64,000 nucleotides of DNA from Spirochaetaceae bacterium (lineage in GTDB: Bacteria > Spirochaetota > Spirochaetia > DSM-27196 > SLAA01). Location: assembly GCA_003552985.1 (NCBI GenBank), contig PUPD01000298.1, forward strand, positions 6,729-70,728. The letters run 5' to 3'. The translations under genes were made by a program, and so were the position numbers. Positions 55,446 to 64,000 of the stretch are shown piece after piece (position 1 is the first letter of the stretch; each line of letters begins with the position of its first letter). Below the pieces are notes generated by a model, which saw only the letters and a program-made list of their open reading frames with translations, searched no databases and was not told the DNA's origin.

Positions 55446-55678
55446 GCTTATAGTCCTCTGTTGCCTTTCGTGTGCCTTTCGTAGTGTATGATCACGAGTG
55501 TTGCGCCGCCAACAAGCCGTTGCCGAGGCTCTAGCCGGTGGTGCTGCGCTTCAATGGTAGCGCCGCCGGCACCTGCGTGTCGTTCGCAAAAGTCGGTTTT
55601 TTTTGTTCGATTGTCTGACAGCGTTTACGGCGGCTCTTGCAACGCTTCGTAGCGGGGCGCTAAAGTGTTGCCGGGACT

Positions 55679-56509
55679 ATGAAACTGCTATTCTTCATTC
55701 GCACCATCGATTTCAGCAAACGCACGACCGGCTGGGAGCACGATCCCGCCGAACGCGCGACGCACGAGCTTCTGTTCTGCAGGCGCGGCAGCGGGGCGCT
55801 GGTCAACGGGCGAACGAAGACGCGCGTGCAGGCCGGGAGCCTGATGTTCAACCCCCGCGGGAAGCTCGTTTCGGATCAGGAGCCGCTGTCGGTGGTGCAG
55901 GTGTTGTTCTCGGAGGATTTGTTCTCTCCCTCGGTCCACATGGACAAGGAGGCGCTGTATGTGCTCGGGCTGATCAAGCTGCACACGCCGAAACAGAACA
56001 GCATCACCCTCTCGCGGATTGGGAGCGAGCGCATGAACACGCTGGTCGACGCGATGTTGTGGGAGTTTCAGAACCGCTATCGCGGCTATTCGTGGGCGTT
56101 GCGGCTGAAGCTGGTGGAGCTTCTGATCACGGTCATGCGCGACAAAGAGTTCAAGATACCGATCAAAGGGCTGAAGCCCTTGTCGAGCACCCGCATTCAG
56201 GACGCGGTCTCTTACCTGAATACCGACTACATGAACCCGATCAGCGTCGAGGACGTTCTCAACGCCTGCGGGCTCAGCCGCAGCCATTTCCACGCGCTGT
56301 TCAAGCAGGAGACCGGCAAGACCTTCGTCCAATACCTGTCCGAGCTGCGCTGTGCGAAGGCAGCCGAGCTGCTGGCGACTACCGACCGGCCGATCATCTA
56401 TATCGCCCTCGAGTGCGGCTTTCGCAATCTGAGCCACTTCTACCACGTGTTCAAGCGCGAGAACAACACCAGCCCGAAGCAGTATCGTCTGCAGGGAGGC
56501 AACGCCTAA
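55679..56509 (+). CDS. AraC-family transcriptional regulator (cupin-type N-domain)
   Basis: C-terminal double HTH: LSRSHFHALFKQETGKTFVQYL...IALECGFRNLSHFYHVFKRENNTSPKQYR. Confidence 0.88.
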   Translation: MKLLFFIRTIDFSKRTTGWEHDPAERATHELLFCRRGSGALVNGRTKTRVQAGSLMFNPRGKLVSDQEPLSVVQVLFSEDLFSPSVHMDKEALYVLGLIKLHTPKQNSITLSRIGSERMNTLVDAMLWEFQNRYRGYSWALRLKLVELLITVMRDKEFKIPIKGLKPLSSTRIQDAVSYLNTDYMNPISVEDVLNACGLSRSHFHALFKQETGKTFVQYLSELRCAKAAELLATTDRPIIYIALECGFRNLSHFYHVFKRENNTSPKQYRLQGGNA

Positions 56510-57163
56510 GTGTCGAGTCGGGAACGGTCGGTGTTGCGCGACTGGGAGCGCGCCTGCAGGGACCTCGCGCTCCGGGATGGGGTGCTCGCGCAGTTGATCG
56601 CCGAGCATAGCGGAGATGCGCTGCGCGGAAGCGGCGACAGCTTCACGACCCTCCTGAACGCCGTGGTGGGTCAGCAGATCTCGGTAGCCGCGGCCGACGG
56701 GATCTGGGGCCGCCTGGAGCACGCCTTCCCGAAGCTCTCCCCTCGCACGATCGCGGCGGCCGCGCCGGAGACGCTGCGCGAGCTGGGATTGTCGCGCCGC
56801 AAGTCTGAGTACATCATCGGAATCGCACGGGCGTTCGGCGCGGGGGAGCTCGATCCGCAGCGCTGGGAGGCTATGAGCGATGACGAGGTTCGGGCCGACC
56901 TGACGCGTCGCCGCGGGGTCGGCCCCTGGACAGCCGACATGGTTCTGATATTCTATCTGCATAGGCCCGATGTGCTTCCGCTGGGGGATCTCGGGCTCGT
57001 GAACGCCGCTGCGCGATTGTACCGCGACGGCGAGCTCGACGGCGCGCCGCTGCGCGTGCGACAAAACTGGCTCGGGGAGTTCGCCGAACGATGGCGTCCG
57101 TGGCGCACGGTCGCCACCTGGTTCATCTGGCGAGACCTCGACGCCGAACCGGTGGTGTACTGA
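56510..57163 (+). CDS. alkA: DNA-3-methyladenine glycosylase II-like (HhH-GPD family)
   Basis: HhH-GPD pattern LGLSRRKSEYIIGIARAF...LTRRRGVGPWTADMVLIF...PLGDLGL. The GTG start abuts the AraC stop (TAAGTG). Confidence 0.8.
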   Translation: MSSRERSVLRDWERACRDLALRDGVLAQLIAEHSGDALRGSGDSFTTLLNAVVGQQISVAAADGIWGRLEHAFPKLSPRTIAAAAPETLRELGLSRRKSEYIIGIARAFGAGELDPQRWEAMSDDEVRADLTRRRGVGPWTADMVLIFYLHRPDVLPLGDLGLVNAAARLYRDGELDGAPLRVRQNWLGEFAERWRPWRTVATWFIWRDLDAEPVVY

Positions 57164-57164
57164 G

Positions 57165-58421
57165 ATGAGCCGTTCCAACCAATCGCTTATCGCGTTTCGT
57201 GATCGCTTCTACTGCGCTCCCGAATGCCTGTACTTTGACGGCAACTCGCTCGGGCTGTTGTCGAAAGACGCCGAGGCATCGGTCTTGCGGGTGCTCGAGG
57301 AGTGGAAAACGCTCGCGATCGACGGCTGGACCGCCGGAGCTCCCCCGTGGTTCCACGCCGCCGAGGAGCTTGCCCGCCTGCAGGCTCCGCTGGTCGGGGG
57401 GCAGCCCGACGAAGTGATCGTGCATGGCTCCACGACCGTGAACGAACACCTCCTGCTGGCGTCGTTCTTCCGTCCCGAGGATGATGCCCACGGACGGCGC
57501 CGCAAGCTGCTGATCGACGAGTTGAACTTCCCGTCCGATCGGTATGCGGCCGAGAGCTTTCTGCGCCTGAAAGGTGCCGATCCGCAGGATGCGTTGGTAG
57601 TTGTACCGAGTCGCGACGGACGGACGATCGCGGAGGAGGACATCATCGCGGCGCTGAGCGATGAAGTCGCGGTGGTGTTGCTGCCGGCGGTTTTGTACCG
57701 CAGCGGCCAGCTGCTCGATATCGGGCGTATCACGCGCGCTGCGCACGAGGCAGGCGCCTACGCGGGATTCGACCTCAGTCACTCGGCGGGGGTTGTCCCG
57801 CACCGTCTGCACGACGACGAGGTAGATTTTGCGTTCTGGTGTACCTACAAATACCTCAACAGTGGTCCGGGCGGCGTGGCCTCGCTCTTCGTCCACCGCA
57901 ATCGGCAGCATCTCGCGCCGGGGTTGGCCGGCTGGTTCGGATCCGACAAGGAGCGACAGTTCGATATGGCACCGCAGTTCACTCCGGCCGCCGGGGCTGG
58001 GGCGTGGCAGGTGGGAACACCGCACCTGCTGAGCATGGCGGCGCTGGAAGGCGCGCTGCGCATTCACCGCGAAGCCGGAATCGAGCGTATCCGTGCCCGG
58101 TCGCTCGAGCTTACTGCCTATCTGATCGAGGGGGTTGATACGCGCCTCGCCCGCTACGGATTTGCGCTCGGCACGCCGCGCGAGCCCGAGCGCCGCGGCG
58201 GCCATGTAGCACTCGAGCACGCCGAGGCGATTCGCATCAACGCGGCGCTCAAGGAACACAGCGTGGTGCCGGACTTTCGCTATCCGAACGTAATCAGACT
58301 GGCACCGGTACCGCTGTACATCGATTTTGCCGACATCGATCGTCTGATCGAGATCATCGTCACGATCATGGAAAGCGGCTCCTACCGCGCGCACAGCGGC
58401 GAACGCGGCACCGTGGCTTGA
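57165..58421 (+). CDS. kynU: Kynureninase
   Basis: LYFDGNSLGL and WCTYKYLNSGPGG (PLP-Lys region), with a length and layout typical of kynureninase. Confidence 0.8.
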   Translation: MSRSNQSLIAFRDRFYCAPECLYFDGNSLGLLSKDAEASVLRVLEEWKTLAIDGWTAGAPPWFHAAEELARLQAPLVGGQPDEVIVHGSTTVNEHLLLASFFRPEDDAHGRRRKLLIDELNFPSDRYAAESFLRLKGADPQDALVVVPSRDGRTIAEEDIIAALSDEVAVVLLPAVLYRSGQLLDIGRITRAAHEAGAYAGFDLSHSAGVVPHRLHDDEVDFAFWCTYKYLNSGPGGVASLFVHRNRQHLAPGLAGWFGSDKERQFDMAPQFTPAAGAGAWQVGTPHLLSMAALEGALRIHREAGIERIRARSLELTAYLIEGVDTRLARYGFALGTPREPERRGGHVALEHAEAIRINAALKEHSVVPDFRYPNVIRLAPVPLYIDFADIDRLIEIIVTIMESGSYRAHSGERGTVA

Positions 58422-58447
58422 CGCGGTAGAGTGAGGTCAGGGCACCG

Positions 58448-60160
58448 CTATCGAACCTCGACCTGCAGGGTGCGCAGCCGATTCAGCGCCGCGGCGAGCT
58501 CCAGCGGGCGAAAGCGCGCCAGGTCGGCCGGTCGCCGGCGGTTGAGCGCGTCGAGCCCGCCTTCCTCAATCGCCCGTTCGACCGCATGCAGAATCTCGGG
58601 GATCGTCCGCCTGCCGTCCATGAGCGAGCGCGCGTACACCAGCGCATCGGCCACCGCCCGCGTCTGACTGGGATCGACAATCTGCTCCACCGCCTGCAGC
58701 TCGATATCGTGGCGACCGAACGCGATGCCGGATACGCCGTAAGACCTGGTCTTGGCTTCGTGCTTGCCTTTGCTCGGGTCCAGGCTCTCCGGGCGCGGCG
58801 CACGGACCGTTCGGCGGCCGAACTCGCTTCCGCCCTCCGAGCGCCGTTCGGTGCGGATGCGGTCTGCGATCGCGCGCGCCCGGTCGGTGACGCGCCGCGG
58901 GCGGTACTCCTCCATAGCCACCACCTCGTCGGCGACATCGAAGTAGTCGCCGCTGCCGCCCAACACCAGCACCGTAGAGACGCCGAGCTCCTCGGACAGC
59001 TGTCGCACCTTGTCGACAAACGGGGTGATCGGTTCCTGTTCGGGTGCGATCAGCTCCTGCATCCGGTGGTCGCGAATCATGAAGTTGGTGGCCGAGGTGT
59101 CTTCGTCGATCAGCAGTGTGCGCGCTCCCGCTTCTAGAGCCTCGATGATGTTCGCCGCTTGCGAGGTGCTTCCACTCGCATCCTGGGAGCGGAACGCATC
59201 GGTGTCGGCGCCGCGAGGCAGGTTGGCGATGAACGGCGTGATACAGGTTCGCTCTACAGACCTGCCGTCCTCGGCGCGAATCTTGTAGGCTGTCCGCGTG
59301 GTTACAACCAGTTCGCGCCCGTCGCCGGGGATGTGGTTGTAGACGCCGCGCTCGAGCGCCTGCAGCAAGGTCGACTTGCCGTGGTAGCCCCCGCCGACGA
59401 TCAGCGTCACCCCGCGCAGAAGCTCCATGCCGGTGACCGCACCGCGATTGGGGAGCGCCAGCGATACCCGAAGCTCCGGCGGTGACTCAAACGACAACGC
59501 GCTTGAAGCCTCCATCGGCCGGTCGTCGGCTCCGCTGCGACGCGGAAGCAGCGCCCCGTCGGCCACAAACGCGACCGCTCCGCGCTCCTCAAGCAGCTCA
59601 CGCAGGTGCTCGGCGTCCTCGACAGTCTCGATGTGCCGTCTGAGTTCATCGGCGTTCAGGCTTTCGAACAACAAAGCCTTATCGACAAGGCGCGGGACCT
59701 CATCAAGCAGCATCGCGATCGCCTCGCGTCCGGCGATTCGGCGGCCGAAGGCCGGAAGGCCCGCAAAAAACCGCACCTCGATACGGTCGGAGTGAATCCA
59801 CGCCGCACTGCGCTCGATCACCTGCTGACGAGGCGCGTCGATCTCTATCTGACCGCCCTTGCCTGACCCGCGGCGCCCCTTTGCCGTTGCTCGAATCGCC
59901 GCGGCGAAGGTGCGCGTGAGGTAATCGGCAAGCGCCACCCGCCGCGTCGGTGTTGTCCGCGTCCAGTCCGGAAGGCTGGTAACCTCGTGGGAGAGCTCTA
60001 CCCGCAGCCGGCTCGGCGTTGCAAACGGGTCGCCCTGCACATGGTCAATCGACAGCGTGAACGCTCCGAAATCGTAGCTGCCGCGGAGATCCTTGTACGC
60101 CTTGTATCCGCGGCCGTCGATTGTCTGGAGTTTGCTCGTCAGATCGCGGTGTGTGCGCAT
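58448..60160 (-). CDS. ABC-class ATPase family protein (PF09818-like), function unknown
   Basis: GGGYHGKSTLLQALERGVYNHIPGDGRE. The N-terminus LQTIDGRGYKAYKDLRGSYDF...VQGDPFATPS fits a start at ATG 60160 rather than the ORF-track 60334. Confidence 0.8.
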   Translation of the reverse strand: MRTHRDLTSKLQTIDGRGYKAYKDLRGSYDFGAFTLSIDHVQGDPFATPSRLRVELSHEVTSLPDWTRTTPTRRVALADYLTRTFAAAIRATAKGRRGSGKGGQIEIDAPRQQVIERSAAWIHSDRIEVRFFAGLPAFGRRIAGREAIAMLLDEVPRLVDKALLFESLNADELRRHIETVEDAEHLRELLEERGAVAFVADGALLPRRSGADDRPMEASSALSFESPPELRVSLALPNRGAVTGMELLRGVTLIVGGGYHGKSTLLQALERGVYNHIPGDGRELVVTTRTAYKIRAEDGRSVERTCITPFIANLPRGADTDAFRSQDASGSTSQAANIIEALEAGARTLLIDEDTSATNFMIRDHRMQELIAPEQEPITPFVDKVRQLSEELGVSTVLVLGGSGDYFDVADEVVAMEEYRPRRVTDRARAIADRIRTERRSEGGSEFGRRTVRAPRPESLDPSKGKHEAKTRSYGVSGIAFGRHDIELQAVEQIVDPSQTRAVADALVYARSLMDGRRTIPEILHAVERAIEEGGLDALNRRRPADLARFRPLELAAALNRLRTLQVEVR

Positions 60161-60202
60161 ACCGATAGTATGCAAACCGACCCCTCTGAGATGCAACCGG
60201 CA

Positions 60203-60282
60203 GAACTGCCCCGCACGCTGTTGGGGAATGACGCGTCCCGGCGGCGCCTGCTGCTCTTTACCAACAGCGTGCGGGGCAGTTC
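60203..60282. repeat. Perfect 22-bp inverted repeat with 36-nt spacer in divergent intergenic region
   Basis: GAACTGCCCCGCACGCTGTTGG (60203-60224) and its exact reverse complement CCAACAGCGTGCGGGGCAGTTC (60261-60282). Confidence 0.95.
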
Positions 60283-60333
60283 CAGGCAGTCCTACGATTT
60301 GCGCTGTGCCGTCGGCTGCCGTATACTGCCGCA

Positions 60334-60834
60334 ATGGAACAACACGATAACGCCGCTCGCCGGATCCCGAACCCCTACGCCGGGTCCCCTACCTACCGCT
60401 GTTTCGGGTGCTCGCCGGGCAATCCTATTGGGTTGCAGCTTACCTTCCTTCTCGAAGGCGAGCAGGTTGTCACCGAATGGTCGCCGCGCGAGGACCTGGA
60501 AGGCTATCCCGGCGTGGTGCACGGGGGCATTCAGGCCACGCTCGCCGATGAGACCGCCGCGTGGTACATACACGCGGTGCTGGGGACCTCCGGCGTAACG
60601 CGGGAGCTCAGCGTGCGCTATCATCAGCCGGCGCAGACCGCGGACGGGCCGTTTGTGATCAAGGCCGCGAAGACCGGGCAGGACGGCCGGGAGGTGACGA
60701 TAGAGGTGACGATTGAAGGCGCAGGCGGCACGCTCTTCACTACCGCCCGTTGCGCCTATGTCGTCTTCAGCGAGAACGTAGCCCGCAAGCGACTCGGCTT
60801 TCCGGGTGCCGAAGCATTCAGGCCGAAGGAGTAG
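60334..60834 (+). CDS. PaaI-family hotdog-fold thioesterase
   Basis: GVVHGGIQATLADETAAW motif. 166 aa. Confidence 0.75.
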   Translation: MEQHDNAARRIPNPYAGSPTYRCFGCSPGNPIGLQLTFLLEGEQVVTEWSPREDLEGYPGVVHGGIQATLADETAAWYIHAVLGTSGVTRELSVRYHQPAQTADGPFVIKAAKTGQDGREVTIEVTIEGAGGTLFTTARCAYVVFSENVARKRLGFPGAEAFRPKE

Positions 60835-62632
60835 CCAGCGCGGGCTCCGAAGCGCTCAGCTGCATGATCTGTTGCCGTACGGTCGCGAGCTCGCCGGGGA
60901 TGGCGGCTTTCCATTCGGCGTAGGCACTGCCGAGGCTCCCGAGCAACCCGCGATAGTACTCAATTCCGGCGATCAGGTTGTCGCGGTACTTGCGAAGCTC
61001 GTCGGCATTCCTGCTGCCGCGGCCGCGCGCAGCCTGCCGGAGCTCGCGCATGAGGCTGCCGACGCAGAGCTTGAGCTCGTTGACGAACATATGCGGCCGG
61101 TCGGAGCGCGTGATCAGGTTCAGGCGTCCGTAGATATGGTCGACCATCTGCTGCAGCGTTGCTACGCTGCCGAAGAACGCGAGGTTGGGTCCGGGGCACA
61201 CCGCCGGAGTTGCGCCCTCCTTGTAGCGGCCGGTTCCGTAGTTGCGCTCCACGGTGCCCGAGAGGTCGCGGCAGAGGCAGGCCGGCTCGATGATCTCCTC
61301 ACGGCGCAGCCTGCGCTCCACCGGTTCGAGGTCCAGGGTTTCGAGCTCCCGCAGCTTGCGCTCCTGATACTGACGCGAGGCGACGCAGATCGCGTGCTCG
61401 GTGAACTCGCTGTTGAACTTAAGGTAGCCTTTGGGGCAGCTGCTGCCGGGCTTGCCTTCGCGCGAGCGCCTATGCTTGAACAGCTCGGCGGCGGAGTTTA
61501 CGAGGTTGCTGAAACGCACTCCGAGCGGCGACGCGCCGCTTGAGACGATGTCGTTCTCACCGGCGGCGGCGAGCTTGTTCAGCGTCTCAGGGTCCAGGTT
61601 CACCGCGTCCGGTACCAGCAGGAACGATGAGCCCCACCCGACGGCATCGAGATCGTAGTGATGCATCAGAAAGCTGTGTTCGGCCGCGGTTCCGACGCCA
61701 CCCTGGGCGGTGATCGACAACGCCGGTTGCGGCGGGGCGGAGCCGGTGCGCTTGCGCACCGCCTCGGAGTACCCCGCGTAGGCGGTTTCGGCGAGCTCAT
61801 CGCGGCGGGAGCTGAACTCTTCGAGAATCGGGCCGATCAGCGACCCGTCGCCGTCGAAGGTGTGACCGCCGCAGTTCAGGCCCGACTCCACGCGGTACTC
61901 GGAGATCCACAGGCCGCCGCGGGCGAACATCTTGGCCTGCGTGAACGCCGATCGGAAATCGCTGACCTTGAGTACGATCTTCTTGCGGAACTCCCCGTTC
62001 TCGTCGGCCTGGAAGTCGTCGAACTGCTCCATGTACTTGGTGAGCCGGCGGTTGAACCCGGCCGAGAGCACAATCGAGGACTCGAGCTCGCTCTGTGCAT
62101 AGCCTCGTAACGCCGACATAGCATCGGCGTACTCGGGAGGCAGCTTCTCGCCGTTGCGGTAACGGTCGCGGTCAACCTTGACCATGATGTTCACGTCGAC
62201 CGAACCCGGCTGAATTGCCTCGCGCAGCTCTTGTTGGAGCCTTTCGCGCTCCTGTGGGTCGGCGGCGTTCTGCATCGCGTTATAGGTCGCGCGCACCGGG
62301 GAATCGTCGGGCTGCAGCCTGCAGTAGGTGTCTATCTCGGACTCACCGGTGAAGGGCGCGTTGCGAACCTGCTCGGTGCTTTCGCGTACCATGGTACCGA
62401 CGAGGTTGAGGTAGGCGGTGAACCTCCGCGCGCGTGGGTCCTCGTCGTCGTCGGTGATCGGTTCAAACGGTTCGCCGCGTTGGTGGCAGTAATACTCCCG
62501 AAGATCCTCAGCGAGTTGGTCATCGACCAGCGAGATCACCGAGGAGATGCCGTACTTGGCGACCTTGACCGGGGTATCGACCGAGTACCCGACGCCGAGG
62601 ACCGGAATGTGGAAACTGTGGTTTGTTTGCAA
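60818..62632 (-). CDS. Conserved-looking hypothetical protein (604 aa), possible TIM-barrel enzyme
   Basis: TTG start with AGGAG 8 nt upstream. N-terminus HIPVLGVGYSVDTPVKVAKYGISSVISLVDD. GLNCGGHTF and AQGGVGTAAEH loosely recall FMN/NMO-type barrels. The 3' end overlaps the thioesterase 3' end by 17 nt. Confidence 0.7.
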   Translation of the reverse strand: MQTNHSFHIPVLGVGYSVDTPVKVAKYGISSVISLVDDQLAEDLREYYCHQRGEPFEPITDDDEDPRARRFTAYLNLVGTMVRESTEQVRNAPFTGESEIDTYCRLQPDDSPVRATYNAMQNAADPQERERLQQELREAIQPGSVDVNIMVKVDRDRYRNGEKLPPEYADAMSALRGYAQSELESSIVLSAGFNRRLTKYMEQFDDFQADENGEFRKKIVLKVSDFRSAFTQAKMFARGGLWISEYRVESGLNCGGHTFDGDGSLIGPILEEFSSRRDELAETAYAGYSEAVRKRTGSAPPQPALSITAQGGVGTAAEHSFLMHHYDLDAVGWGSSFLLVPDAVNLDPETLNKLAAAGENDIVSSGASPLGVRFSNLVNSAAELFKHRRSREGKPGSSCPKGYLKFNSEFTEHAICVASRQYQERKLRELETLDLEPVERRLRREEIIEPACLCRDLSGTVERNYGTGRYKEGATPAVCPGPNLAFFGSVATLQQMVDHIYGRLNLITRSDRPHMFVNELKLCVGSLMRELRQAARGRGSRNADELRKYRDNLIAGIEYYRGLLGSLGSAYAEWKAAIPGELATVRQQIMQLSASEPALATPSA

Positions 62633-62737
62633 AATGGAGACTCCTAAGAGGATAGCGCAGCTTATCTATACAAAAGGGCGCGTATGTTACGTTCGACTAT
62701 AACCCATCACGCGCTGTCTGTCTCGGCCTTTCGCGAA

Positions 62738-64000
62738 CTAATCGGTTGCCGGCAGGCGCAGCTCGGCATAGACCGGGAAATGATCCGAGGGGTAGCGGCC
62801 GTCGCGATCTCTGCGGTCGATACCGGCATCGGTGACCTCGAGCCAGTCCGGAGCGAGGACGAAATCGATCTTGGTAGTCCGCGGCTCACCGCTGAACCCG
62901 TGAAAGGTCCCCATCTCGGCTTTACCGTCCTTGTGCGGATAGACCGCGCGAAAGGTGTCCCGCAACGGCCGGGGGTCGCTCCGGTCTTCGGCTGCATCCG
63001 AGCGGGCGGGGCTTTCGAACAGGAGCCGGACGGCAGGGTTGAGCTCGTTGGCGTTGAAGTCGCCGGTGACGAGCACATGCCCGTCGGTTTCGCGCTGCAG
63101 CATCTGCTCAAGCAGGAGCGCGGTGCTGTTTTCGCGCGCCTCCTGTGAGGCATAGTCGAGATGAAGGTTGTAGAGGAAGATGGTCCGTTCAGTCTCGTGC
63201 TCGCTCACCTGCACCCAGGTACAGATGCGCGGCAGCGCCGCACCCCAGCTGCGGCTGCCGGGTTCACCGGGTTCCTTGGAGAACCAGAAGGTACCGTGAT
63301 CGGTGATCTCAAACCGTTCGCTACGGACCATGACCGCGTTGAACTTGCCGGCGGCGACGCTTGCACCGGTCGCAGCCCCGTCTTCGCTCGAGCGTCCGAC
63401 GATCGAATACTCGGGGAAGCGTTCGGCGAGCTCGCGAATCTGCACGAGCTCAGGCTCCTGCAGGCCGACGAGGTCAGGGTCATGGTCTGCGATGACCTCG
63501 AACACCATCTCACGGCGGTGCTCCCACCCGTCTTTCCCGTCGGGCGCGCTCGCGAGCCGGACATTGAACGACAGCACGCTGAGAGCGTCGGAGTCGGGCG
63601 CGCAGTCTTCAACCGCGAGATCGTCGGTGTAGACCGAGGCCACCCCGAGCTCGCGCAGCCGGTTGTACTCATCGCAGGAGTTGATGGTGTGGGCGTAGCT
63701 TGGGATGCCGTGTTCCGCGAGGCGTGCCGCGGTGCCGTCCTCCACCACCACAACCGGCATAGCTACCGCGAGCAGCTTCTCCCCGTGCTCCTCGGCAAGC
63801 GCACGGGCCTCGCTGGTGACGCGGTCGGGGTTGCGGTTCGGCGCAAAGCGGTACAGCGTCCAGATGATGCGTTCGTAGCCGAGTGCCGCGGCCTCGGCGA
63901 ACTCGTCAGGATGGTAGACCTGCGGAATGATGCGCCGCCCGTGATCCTCGATGCGCTCGGCGATCTTTTCCAGGGCCCGGAGATTGTCGGTCTTGACGTC
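62738..64000 (-). CDS. Fusion protein: GDPD-like phosphodiesterase domain + endonuclease/exonuclease/phosphatase (EEP) domain, 5' partial
   Basis: The frame is open from 64000 with no stop (DVKTDNLRALEKIAERIEDHGRRIIPQVYHPDEF...YAHTINS...VYTDDL, GDPD-like). The C-terminal EEP domain ends in SDHFPVYAEL. Confidence 0.75.
   Translation of the reverse strand, partial: DVKTDNLRALEKIAERIEDHGRRIIPQVYHPDEFAEAAALGYERIIWTLYRFAPNRNPDRVTSEARALAEEHGEKLLAVAMPVVVVEDGTAARLAEHGIPSYAHTINSCDEYNRLRELGVASVYTDDLAVEDCAPDSDALSVLSFNVRLASAPDGKDGWEHRREMVFEVIADHDPDLVGLQEPELVQIRELAERFPEYSIVGRSSEDGAATGASVAAGKFNAVMVRSERFEITDHGTFWFSKEPGEPGSRSWGAALPRICTWVQVSEHETERTIFLYNLHLDYASQEARENSTALLLEQMLQRETDGHVLVTGDFNANELNPAVRLLFESPARSDAAEDRSDPRPLRDTFRAVYPHKDGKAEMGTFHGFSGEPRTTKIDFVLAPDWLEVTDAGIDRRDRDGRYPSDHFPVYAELRLPATD

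Noticed and set aside
55488-55652. 54-codon ORF (MITSVAPPTSRCRGSS...) in the fabF2/AraC spacer.
   Set aside because: It has Cys/Ser/Arg-rich non-protein-like composition, no RBS, and contains the T8 run. It is most likely non-coding promoter DNA.

Overview
Visibly GC-rich, densely coding bacterial chromosomal window with about 50 CDS and one tRNA. I found no transposase, integrase, phage gene, CRISPR array or rRNA, so most of it reads as core chromosome. In order: NIF3-like (5' partial), lspA, a 553-aa unknown protein, tRNA-Ala(GGC), and an AddB/AddA-type helicase-nuclease pair. Next come Dps and a Fur/PerR-family regulator, divergent from a MoxR / DUF58 / transglutaminase-TPR operon. Then fabH, fabD-fabG-fabF (no acpP), and a fumC-TPR-rubredoxin operon; the 53-aa rubredoxin is absent from the ORF track and ends in a textbook terminator. 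Two tandem malate-dehydrogenase paralogs follow, then an 8-gene TCA operon (sdhA-sdhB-sucC-sucD-sucA-sucB-lpd-gltA) with no membrane-anchor genes. After that: qor, htpX, cysM/K, DUF362, malic enzyme coupled to a CxxC-less TrxR-like flavoprotein, sbcB, a PLD-like protein with an internal TM hairpin next to a membrane protein with an Arg-rich tail, a 726-aa PRiA4_ORF3-domain protein, mgtE, a second fabF, AraC-AlkA-kynureninase, a PF09818 ABC-class ATPase, a PaaI thioesterase, a 604-aa unknown protein and a GDPD-EEP fusion (runs off the window). I saw no clearly novel multi-gene system. The best candidates for follow-up are: the PLD/TM two-gene module with the adjacent PRiA4 protein (48.8-52.7 kb); the MoxR-DUF58-TGase/TPR operon with an in-frame stop and T9 tract at its first junction; a 7-copy 13-bp tandem repeat upstream of sbcB; and a perfect 22-bp inverted repeat between the ABC-class ATPase and the thioesterase. 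All functional calls rest on motifs read from the supplied translations. No database search was possible.
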